43,141 nucleotides of DNA from an uncultured Chthonomonadaceae bacterium (lineage in GTDB: Bacteria; Armatimonadota; Chthonomonadetes; Chthonomonadales; Chthonomonadaceae), in contig CAWIEK010000069.1 of the NCBI GenBank assembly GCA_963835065.1, forward strand, positions 1-43,141. Direction: 5' to 3'. Every line of letters begins with the position of its first letter. Position 1 is the first letter of the stretch. Below the pieces are notes generated by a model, which saw nothing but the letters and a program-made list of their open reading frames with translations, made no database searches and was not told where the DNA came from. Position numbers and translations under genes: made by a program. Below, piece after piece: positions 19,664 to 30,043 of this stretch.

Positions 19664-21088
19664 TCAATTATTTTGGTCTTTTTTGGGCTTTTCGCCCTCC
19701 TCCGCTTTTTTTGGAGGCGACTGGCTTGCGGGCGCGGCTGATCTTTGCGGCAAAATCGTGATGCCGCCGCCGATGTTGCCGGTTCCATTCGGGGCAGGCA
19801 GCAATGCGCCGCGCAGATAAAAGCTGAAGTTGGGGCGTGGTCGTGATGTAGATGCGGCCATTCACCCAGCGCCATTCCAAACGCGCATAGTAGGCGAGAA
19901 TGTTGAGCATTTCGTTGAGCGGGCGGGCGGGTATGGTGGCGCTGAGAACAAAATCGTCGCCCTTGGGAACGTCCGGGTCAATCAGAATGGGAACGCCCGC
20001 CTGCTTGCCCAAATCGGCCAGAATGTCCTGCATCGGCTTCTTTTCGTTTTTGGTGTTGATGGACACGAGGTTGTTCTGCTTCAGGAACAACTGGTACTGT
20101 CCGGTATTCCCAAGATCGAAATCCTGCGCAGCCTGACCGCGCAGACTCAATTGCCCGTTACGGTTTAAGCCCGCCTGCGCATCTCCCTCGCCGCGCGTCG
20201 CTTGCTGCCCGGCAGGTCCCGCCGGGCCAGCCTCCCCAAGCGGACTGTTCGCGCCCAACGCGCGTTGGGTTCCATTCACGCCGGCGCGGTTGTTGGATTG
20301 GCGGGTAATATCGTTTTGCGCGTCTCGCGTTATTGACAGCCCCGGTTTTGTCGCTGTCCACGCGCTTTGCCGTGTTAGCGGCCTCCGATTGCCCGCCGCG
20401 GGACATGTACGCCGTCCGCGCTGTTAGCGCTGCGCCCGCGCCCTGCTGTGCCGCCGGGAGCATTGTTGCTGAAACCGCCGCCGAAACTGCCACCGCCACC
20501 GCCGCCAAAACCACCCTGACCACCTATAGCATCGCCTGCCGGAGCGCTCTGTCGGCCCTGCATGGCGCGGCTGCGCATCTGGCTGTCGGTTCCCAACACG
20601 GTTGAAGGAACCGCGTAGCCCATTCCCCGCAGTTGTTCCTGAAGCACTCCATTGATGGCCTGCGTTTTCAGCAGCAGATTGCGCAGGGCTTCCTCATCGC
20701 GGCGGAACCGGTAAATTCCCTGCTTGTCCACTTCATAGCGCAAGAACGTTTGTCGGCAGATCGCGGCGAGAACCACGTCGAATCTCTGCCCCGTTAATGC
20801 AAACGTTACGTCACCCGTTACGCTTGCATCCGGGACAAATTGCCGGTGCGCCTGATCGAAAACCAGTTTGAGCAGGCTGAGGACATCGGCATGCTGCGCG
20901 GAAACGGTAAAACTGTTGGTCGTGCCCGTAACTTGCAGCACACTGACGGGCGCGGAAGCCGACCCGTTTCCGCTGCCTGCGCCCGCCTGCGTTTCCGTCG
21001 CGTGGGGCGCGGCCCAAGCCGCCGCGTTCAGCAGTCCAATGCCCGCCATCGCGCCCATGATTCGTATTGTCGCCGCATTTAATTTCAT
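19664..21088 (-). CDS. Secreted protein with two STN/secretin-N-terminal-like domains and a Gly-rich linker, frameshifted several times
   Basis: Signal peptide ending AWA; ADVLSLLKLVFDQAHRQFVPDASVTGDVT and KPMQDILADLGKQAGVPILIDPDV. Pieces lie in ORFs 20375-21106, 20158-20523, 19668-20279 and 19664-19861. Confidence 0.65.
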
Positions 21089-21136
21089 ATCCACTCCAAA
21101 AGTCACTATTCAGCCCTTGTCAACATTTGAGAATAG

Positions 21137-21179
21137 CCCCTCTCCTATGCTTTTTGGGAGAGGGGTTGGGGTGAGGGCT
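21137..21179. repeat. REP-like hairpin
   Basis: CCCCTCTCC-tatgctttttg-GGAGAGGGG followed by ttggggtgagggc; inverted relative of 17676-17720. Confidence 0.7.
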
Positions 21180-21194
21180 GAAGTGACAGATCAA

Positions 21195-22507
21195 CTACTC
21201 TTCGCCTTGTCCCGGCAGGGAAGGCGCGACAGGCTCGGCATCGTCCGCCTCAATAACTAAAACGCGCCTCCCATCCTGCTCCTGCATCTGACCGGCAAGG
21301 CGCGTACCGCTCGTGAAGCCGCGTTTCGTATCCCGTACCTGCAAATCAAGACCTTCGTTTCCCGACGGCCTTCCAAATCGTTCGCTTTCGTACATCAACG
21401 CGAAATTACGGTCAGAAACATTCATCCGCCCGAAGGCATAGTTGTCCTGCGTCTTCTTATCCAATGACCTATCCAACGACGCAGCAAAAGAACTCAAGGA
21501 GGATGCGCTCACATCCTTGTCGCTTTGTTTACTCAGATGTTCCGGCTTTGCGGCTCCGGCGCTGGACAGCGACTCGGCATAATCCTGTCGGTTCGCGTCC
21601 GATCTGCTATCCCGTACCGCCTGCGGCGCGGTTTTGTTCTTTTGCAGCGCCCCGGTCCGGCGGTTTGCTTCTGCCAACGAGTTGTTGTCAGGCAAATTCC
21701 ACGCGCGGTTTGCGCCAAATGCCAAATTTAACTTCGCCTGCCGTTCCGCGTCCATGAAAGGCGCTGCGGTTGCAGAAGAAACGGGAGCAAGCGGCATACT
21801 TGCCGCGCGTGAGCGTAAGCGTGTCTCCCCTCCCCGCTCATGCCTGCTTTTGGCCGTGTCCAGCAGCGCAATCTGCGAAGGAACGCGCCGTTTGAACTGC
21901 AAACGAATTGGCGGGCGCAGGTTGTATCCTGTTGTGGGTGATACCTTTGCTACTCCTGCTTTGATAGTTTTGCGGTTGGACGCGCCGGGCAGCAATCCTG
22001 CGCCTGCAGGGGCGCGATCTGCCCATCCGCCATCATAAAACAAATTTTCAGGCACAGAGTCACGCGCCTGCGCAATTTGACGCTCTTGCCCGGACGCGAT
22101 ACGGCAGCTATCTGGCTGGTTTGCGGTGAAACGGGCGGGCGCGAAGTGGTCAGCCAGCCGATTGCCAATCCACATGCCGCCAGCGCGGGAACCGCCAGTC
22201 GCCAATTGATACGCCATTGCGAACGTCGCGTAGTGGGCGCATCCGCAAGGCGGGCATAAAACCCCGCGCGCAAATCTCCCGCCGACGGAATCTGCCGCTT
22301 TGCGCCTGCAAGCGATTGCTCCGCCTGCCGCCATTGCTCCTGTTCACGCCGGCAGGACGCGCAGCCGGCGATATGCCGCGCTACATCCTGCGCTTCCCGC
22401 GCGCTCAATTCGCCGTCCAAAAACAGCGCCATGCGCCCCTGAACGTGTCGGCAGATACGGGAAGGCCGGTTCCCCCCACTTATTTTGCTGTGCCCCATCC
22501 GTCGCAT
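21195..22507 (-). CDS. Zinc-binding (zf-HC2/ZAS) membrane anti-sigma factor, frameshifted near 22050-22090
   Basis: CRHVQGRMALFLDGEL...HIAGCASC (HxxxCxxC) followed by a TM segment (WRLAVPALAACGLAIGW); directly downstream of an ECF sigma. Confidence 0.85.
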
Positions 22508-23280
22508 CAGCGCCCCCCGTTTCTTTTCACAGGACTATGTTCGGCTTGTCCCTGTGACGCGAGTTCCTGCTCGTCCTGCCCGCGCTTTGCATTTTGCCGC
22601 TGCTCGGCTGCTGTTACCGTTCGCGCGCCCTGCCTGCAAACGCCCGGTTCGCCATGCGCGGCCACGTAGCAGGTTTTGAATACCGCCCGCGCCCGATGCA
22701 GGCGCACTTTGGCGGCGGAAAGCGAACATTCCAGCACGTCGGCAATCTCTTCCAAAGATAAATCCTGATAGTAGCGCAACGCCAGTATCTGTCTGTGCCC
22801 AACCGGGCATTGCATCAAAATCGTCTGTATGTCGTCGCGCTCCAACTGCTGTTCAAAAACGGCTTCGGGTTGCTGACCGGCGTCTGCGCGGCGTTCCAGC
22901 AGGCCGGGCGCTTCCAGCAGGGGCAAAAACCGCCACTTGCGCGAACCCCGCGCCGCGTCCACCGCCCGATTGGCCGCAATCCGGTACAGCCAGGTCGCAA
23001 ACCGCGCTCCACCCCGAAACTGCGGCAGCGAACGGTACACCTGCACGAACACTTCCTGCGTTACATCGCGCGCTTCTTCCGCATTGCCGATGATTCCGAA
23101 GACGATGTGATACACATAGTCCTGATATTTTCCAAACAGGCTATCGAAGGCGGCGGTTTCGCCACGCAAAAAGCGGGCGACGAGTTCTCCATCGTCGTCA
23201 ATCGTCAGGGTACGCTCTCCGTTCCCCCGGCTTCCCCAGCCTGTTTTCCACGCGGACGCGCAGACATCCTGGCTCACCAT
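22507..23280 (-). CDS. ECF RNA polymerase sigma factor
   Basis: Region 2 (EEARDVTQEVFVQVY...FATWLYRIAAN) and region 4 (LSLEEIADVL...AKVRLHRAR). Confidence 0.95.
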   Translation of the reverse strand: MVSQDVCASAWKTGWGSRGNGERTLTIDDDGELVARFLRGETAAFDSLFGKYQDYVYHIVFGIIGNAEEARDVTQEVFVQVYRSLPQFRGGARFATWLYRIAANRAVDAARGSRKWRFLPLLEAPGLLERRADAGQQPEAVFEQQLERDDIQTILMQCPVGHRQILALRYYQDLSLEEIADVLECSLSAAKVRLHRARAVFKTCYVAAHGEPGVCRQGARTVTAAEQRQNAKRGQDEQELASQGQAEHSPVKRNGGR

Positions 23281-23330
23281 CCCAAGCCCTCATTCCTGCC
23301 CCAAAGCGTTCCTGCATCCATTACGCGGAT

Positions 23331-23359
23331 AAGACGAACCGGCGGAAGAAAAGGTTACA
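23331..23359 (-). promoter_or_regulatory. Probable ECF-type autoregulatory promoter
   Basis: Minus strand TGTAAC-17 nt-CGTC, matching the AAC/CGT ECF promoter signature, about 50 bp upstream of the sigma gene. Confidence 0.65.
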
Positions 23360-23370
23360 ACAAGAGGACT

Positions 23371-23677
23371 AAACCACGGGGAACACGGAGAAGGAGAAAG
23401 ACGGGGATTGGGAACCGCGAAACACACGAACTAAACGAAAAGAGGCGAAAAGAAATAGACAGGATTAACGGGATTAGAAGGATTAAACAGGATTACGAAC
23501 TGAGAAGAGAAGCCTGTTTGTTCGGAACACAGGGGGCAGTTGCGGATTTACCTGAATTTATTTAGTCTTTTTCGTTTATTTCGTGTGTTTAGCGGTTCCT
23601 AATCCCCATCTTCTCCTTCCCCGTGTTCCCCGTGTTCCCCGTGGTTTACTTTGTTCTTCTCCGTGTTCTCCGTGGTT
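23371..23677. repeat. Nested inverted-repeat element built from 9-nt units
   Basis: AAACCACGGGGAACACGGAG pairs with (CCCCGTGTT)n CCCCGTGGTTT; GGGGATTGGGAACCGCGAAACACACGAACTAAACGAAAAGA pairs with 23566-23607; a central AGGATTAAC-like array. Confidence 0.88.
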
Positions 23678-23807
23678 CCTCTTCTGTGACGCGAGGTGGG
23701 GCCGGCAGGATGATGGGCGCGGGGCCGATCTCCTTTGGAATGTGGAGGGAAGGCGGCAGCAGGTCGCGTTGGGCGCTTCCGGGCGGCAGGGGCGGCAGCT
23801 GCTCCAG

Positions 23808-24155
23808 TCAGGGGAAGCGGCCGCCGTTTTGCGCCAGGTACTCGCGGATGCGCGTTTCAATCTGCTGGCTGCGATCCGCCAGTTCGTCCCGTTCGGCGCG
23901 CAGGGTTTCCATGCGCTCCAGCAGGTCCAGAATGATCTGAACCCCGGCCAGATTGACTTCCATCTCCTGCGTCAGTCGCCGAATCTGCCGCAATCGTTCC
24001 ACATCGGTTTCAGAGTACAATCGGTTTTTGTTTTTACGCTGTGGCGTTACCAGACCCAGCCGTTCATACAGGCGAATGGTCTGCGCGTGCATCTGGGTCA
24101 AAGAAGCCACAACGCCAATCATATATACAGGTTCTGTGTTGTGGTGCGCCGACAT
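23808..24155 (-). CDS. hspR: MerR-family heat-shock repressor HspR
   Basis: PVYMIGVVASLTQMHAQTIRLYERLGLVTP.R...RLYSETDVERLRQIRRLTQEMEVNLAGV; lies downstream of dnaK-dnaJ. Confidence 0.9.
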   Translation of the reverse strand: MSAHHNTEPVYMIGVVASLTQMHAQTIRLYERLGLVTPQRKNKNRLYSETDVERLRQIRRLTQEMEVNLAGVQIILDLLERMETLRAERDELADRSQQIETRIREYLAQNGGRFP

Positions 24156-24168
24156 GATAGGCTCCTTT

Positions 24169-24291
24169 AGGAAGTAGTCAGTAGCCAGTAGTCAGTAGTC
24201 AGTAGAGATACCTGTCTACTCAAAATTTGTACAACAGTAACAGCTTGCAAGAAAGGATTTTCTACTGACTACTGGCTACTGACTACTTCCT
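24169..24291. repeat. Palindromic heptamer element (AGTAGTC)n-loop-(GACTACT)n
   Basis: Fills almost all of the dnaJ-hspR gap; homologous to 33306-33428. Confidence 0.92.
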
Positions 24292-25385
24292 TACTTACTC
24301 CTCACCGGATCGTTGCGCAGGCGGGCGAGTTGGGTCAGCAGGTCGCGTTCCTGGTCGCTGAGGTCGCGCGGCACGGTGATTTTGACGCGGGCGTAAGCGT
24401 CGCCTGCCTTACGGTCACGCAGGGCCGGCATCCCCTTGCCGCTCAAACGCATCTTCTGACCCGTTTGTATGCCGGCGGGAACCACCAACTGCCGCGTTTG
24501 TTTATCCAGGGTTTCTACATTGATTTCGCCGCCCAGAGCCGCAACCGTATACGGCACCGAAACATCGAACAGCAGATTTTGGCCGTCGCGCTCGAACTTC
24601 GTGTTGGGCAGGACGCGCAATTGCACGTACATATCGCCCCGGCTTCCCCGCGCGTCCGCCGCGCCCATGCCCGGCAGCTTGGAGCGCATCCCGTCCCATG
24701 CGCCGGGAGGAACGTTGACCTGGCTGCTGCGCGGCGACGCGACGCGCCCGGTTCCCCGGCAGCGCGGGCAGCCTGTGGCATTGCTCAGGTCAATCTGGCC
24801 TTTGCTGTTGCGCTTCTGGCCCAAGCCCTCGCACTCCGGGCAGACGTCTTCCACCGTGACGTTGATACGCCTGGCAACGCCTGTGTACGCTTCTTCCAGC
24901 GTAATGTCCAAACCAAAATCAATGTCTTCGGCGGGCGCAGCGGAAGGCGTGACATATTCGCGTGGCGTGGACCTGACATCGCGGAAACCCGGCTTGCCGC
25001 GCGTGCCACCGCTCCCGAACATGTGTTCAAAAATGTCCTGGAAATTCACGCCGCTTTCCCCGACACTGCCGCCGAAGGGCGTTCCCCCGCCAAATCCACC
25101 CGTGCCGCCGCCCGCGCTCCCGCCGCCCTGCCGTCCTCCGCCCTGCGGAAAACCATCGGCGACCTGTTCCCATCCATCGCCAAACTGATCGAACTTCGCG
25201 CGTTTGGCTTCATCGGAAAGCACGTCGTAGGCTTCCTGAATCTCTTTGAACTTTTCTTCCGCTTTTTTGTCGCCCGGGTTCAAATCGGGGTGGTGTTTCC
25301 GGGCGAGCTTGCGGTGCGCTTTTTTAATTTCCTCCGCCGAGGCCGTTTTCGCCACGCCGAGCGTTTTATAGTAGTCTTTGCTCAT
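24291..25385 (-). CDS. dnaJ: DnaJ/CbpA-type co-chaperone
   Basis: J domain with HPD, G/F-rich linker, two CxxCxGxG motifs and DnaJ C-terminal domain. Confidence 0.93.
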   Translation of the reverse strand: MSKDYYKTLGVAKTASAEEIKKAHRKLARKHHPDLNPGDKKAEEKFKEIQEAYDVLSDEAKRAKFDQFGDGWEQVADGFPQGGGRQGGGSAGGGTGGFGGGTPFGGSVGESGVNFQDIFEHMFGSGGTRGKPGFRDVRSTPREYVTPSAAPAEDIDFGLDITLEEAYTGVARRINVTVEDVCPECEGLGQKRNSKGQIDLSNATGCPRCRGTGRVASPRSSQVNVPPGAWDGMRSKLPGMGAADARGSRGDMYVQLRVLPNTKFERDGQNLLFDVSVPYTVAALGGEINVETLDKQTRQLVVPAGIQTGQKMRLSGKGMPALRDRKAGDAYARVKITVPRDLSDQERDLLTQLARLRNDPVRSK

Positions 25386-25397
25386 GCTCCCCCCGGA

Positions 25398-25515
25398 GGG
25401 ATGAGATAAGGGATAAGAGAAACCCTGCTGATGGGCTTGTTTCCATTCTTGTTTCTATTGAAGAAGAGATACCAACAGTGTAGATTCTCTTATCTCTTAT
25501 GCTCTTATCTCATCC

Positions 25516-25516
<1 letters not shown>
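25398..25516. repeat. Palindromic heptamer element (GATAAGA)n-loop-(TCTTATC)n
   Basis: Fills almost all of the dnaK-dnaJ gap; the arm abuts the dnaK stop codon. Confidence 0.88.
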
Positions 25517-27421
<1,905 letters not shown>

Positions 27422-27496
27422 TCAGCGGTTCCGGCTTGCGCCTGCTGCCGTATTAGAATTGTATTGTCATTAGAATAGTTGCCTTACTTACGAGTT

Positions 27497-27526
27497 AGTA
27501 TACCATTTGAGTGTGGTGTTGTCAAG
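27497..27526 (-). promoter_or_regulatory. Sigma70-type dnaK promoter overlapped by a HAIR-like HspR operator
   Basis: Minus strand TTGACA-17 nt-TATACT. TTTGAGT-N7-TGTCAAG (27506-27526) matches 11/14 positions of the HAIR consensus CTTGAGT-N7-ACTCAAG. Confidence 0.8.
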
Positions 27527-27530
27527 GTCA

Positions 27531-27666
27531 GAAGATAAGAGATAAGAGATAAGAGAAGGACAGGGTTCATCCTGCATATTCATCCTTATCTAACTCCCAC
27601 TACGAATTTACCGATAATCACAACACTCTGGTTATTCATAACTCTTATCTCTTATCTCTTATCTTC
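27531..27666. repeat. Palindromic heptamer element (GATAAGA)n-loop-(TCTTATC)n
   Basis: Perfect 25-bp arms at 27531-27555 and 27642-27666, between divergent genes. Confidence 0.92.
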
Positions 27667-27684
27667 CCAAAGGATGTTACCGCC

Positions 27685-29977
27685 GTGACTGCTCATGAAC
27701 TGGATGCCGTGTTTACCTGGCAGGCCGCGCCCCTGGTTTCTCTGTTGCGGGAGCAGGCCGAACCTTTGGAGCGCCTGCTGGAAGCGCTGCAGGCCAACAA
27801 CGTCGTTTTTGTCATCACGGCTGCCCCTTCCGCCTGCGGCTGGCTGGATGCGCTGCGCCTGGATCGGTGCCTGCGTCAATCGCTCATGGAGTGCGCGCAG
27901 GCAGCCTGCTGGCCGCTTTTGGAAGATACCTGGGCGATTGCGCTGGACATGCAGGCGGGCGCGGAGGACTCGGAGCAATCGCTGCGTATTCATTCCCTCC
28001 GCCGCGCCCTGACGGAGCGCCTGGAAAATGAATGGCGCGCGTACAACGGCATGGCGATTTCCCTCCTTGCAGATGGTATGGATGGCACGGATGGTGAGCC
28101 TTTGCCGCCGATAGATGGCGGCGTTCCGCCCGTATTCACGCTAGCGCCCATCGCTTCGGTACGCGCTATGACCGAGATGGAAGACAACATTTCGGAATTG
28201 AACGCGCTGCTCCATATCATTGTCAACAAGCAGCTTCACGCGCAATTTCAGCCCATTGTCGCGTTGCGCGACGGGCAGGTATTCGGGTATGAAGCCCTGA
28301 TACGCGGGCCGAAAGGCGGGCTGCTGCGCAGGCCGGGCGCGCTGTACCGGGCGGCAGAAAAAGCGCGCATGGTGTCGTGGTTCGATCTGGCGTGTCAGGA
28401 GCAGTGTTTTGCCCTGGCCGCGCAAAATGGATTGCGGCATCACCTGTTTATCAACATGGAAGCGGAAGGGCTGGCGTTTATAGACATGCACGAACGCTCG
28501 CTTGGCGCGCGGGCGCGGGACGCGGGATTGAATCCGGCGAGTATTGTCATTGAGATTACGGAACGGCAGGCAGTGAAAGACTTTCCGCGCCTGATGCATG
28601 CGCTTGAAAAACTGCGGGAGCAGGGCTTTGCAATCGCCATTGACGATGCGGGTTCGGGTTACAACAGCCTCCACGCCATCGCGGAACTGCGCCCGGATTT
28701 TGTCAAGATAGACCGCGCCCTGACGCGCAATCTGGATGTCAACGGCGAACATCGCGCCCTGCTGTCCGCGCTTGTCTCTTATGCGCGCGACATTGGGACG
28801 CGCATCCTGGCGGAAGGTTCGGAAACGCGGGAAGAACTGGCGACCCTGATTGACCTGGGCGTCACCTATGGACAGGGCTATCTAATGGGCAGGCCGGCGG
28901 ATACCTTTCGGGGCGTGACGCGGGAAATGCGGGAGTTTATTCAGGCGCGGTATCGGCAGCGGGTACAACGAGAAGCCGGCAGAGATTTTACGGTAAGCGC
29001 GCTGATGCGCCCGGCAAAAATCATGGCTCCTGACACGCCGCTTGCGGAAGCGGCGCTCGCGTTTTATAAAGAATCCCAGTTTGACGGGTGTGGTTGTATG
29101 CGAAGACGGTTTTGCGCGCGGCCTCTTAATGCGCCAAAGCCTGGAGCATATTCTGGACATGGCGCGTTCGGCGCGCATGGACGATCTGGCAGGCGGGGAA
29201 ACTGTCGCGCAGTGGATGAAGACCACGCTGCTGTGCGCGGGGGAAGAAGAGGCGGCAGTGGACGTGGCGCGGCAGGCGACCATGCGGGGCGATTTGAGCC
29301 TGGATGCCGACATCGTGATTGTGGACACGGACGGGCATTGCGTGGGCGTTCTGCCGATGCGCGTCCTGATGGAAGCCGTTACCACGCAGCAGGCCAATCG
29401 CAGCCGCTACGCCGACCCCCTGACGGGTTTACCGAACCGCGTGGGATTGGAGCAGGCCGTTTCGAAGCGTTTGGAGTTGAGAGAACCGCTTGCCCTGGCG
29501 CGTATTGACCTGGCTGGGCTGGAATTTTATAATGATGCTTATGGCCTGCCGCACGGCGACAATGTCATCCACGCGCTGGCTTCCATTTTGGAGGAAGCGC
29601 TGCATGTTTATGGCGGCGACAATGGGTTTCTGGCGCACCTGGGCGGGGATGATTTCGTGGTTCTGATGCCCCCGAACAAAGCGGCGGGCATTTGCGAAAC
29701 TGTCGCGCAGCAGTTTGCGCGGCAGCAGTCCCGTTTCTACGCGCCGGAACAAACGCGGAGCGGCGTCATGGAAGTGGCGGAGCGCAACGGCAGCCTGCGG
29801 CGCGCGCCGCTGCTTTCCTGCCGCATGGCCGTTGTCACCACTCGTTCGCGCCGCTTCTCCTGCCTGACTCAAATGCTGGAAGAGGCAAACGCGCTGCTTC
29901 GGCAGATGAAGGCACAGGCTTTTTCCGGGATTGCGATGGACCGCCTTCCGCCCCGTGAGTTGCGCAAGGCCGCATAA
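27685..29977 (+). CDS. EAL-CBS-GGDEF c-di-GMP signalling protein (frameshift near 29062)
   Basis: FQPIV, YEAL, EITE, IDDAGSGY, VKIDR, then CBS-like segments, DPLTGLPNR and HLGGDDF. Removing one T from a T4 run joins 27685-29508 and 29042-29977. Confidence 0.9.
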
Positions 29978-30016
29978 AAAACCCTCTCCTGCCACATAAT
30001 ATGGCAGGAGAGGGGT
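29976..30016. terminator. Hairpin between convergent genes (terminator/REP-like)
   Basis: 13-bp stem CCCTCTCCTGCCA/TGGCAGGAGAGGG, preceded by an A run that forms a U tract on the minus strand. Confidence 0.7.
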
Positions 30017-30043
30017 ATGTCCACAAGTGGACGCCCGGTGAGG

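Noticed and set aside
20475..20520. GCC/ACC-rich repeats here and in the dnaJ linker
   Set aside because: Codon-level low complexity encoding Gly-rich linkers, not the heptamer family.
23808..23810. Selenocysteine at the hspR TGA
   Set aside because: No Cys-equivalent context or recognisable SECIS; left as an unexplained open frame.
24169..24291. Heptamer arrays as mini-CRISPRs or plain intrinsic terminators
   Set aside because: No repeat-spacer alternation; loops are long, U tracts are absent and some copies lie inside operons or genes.
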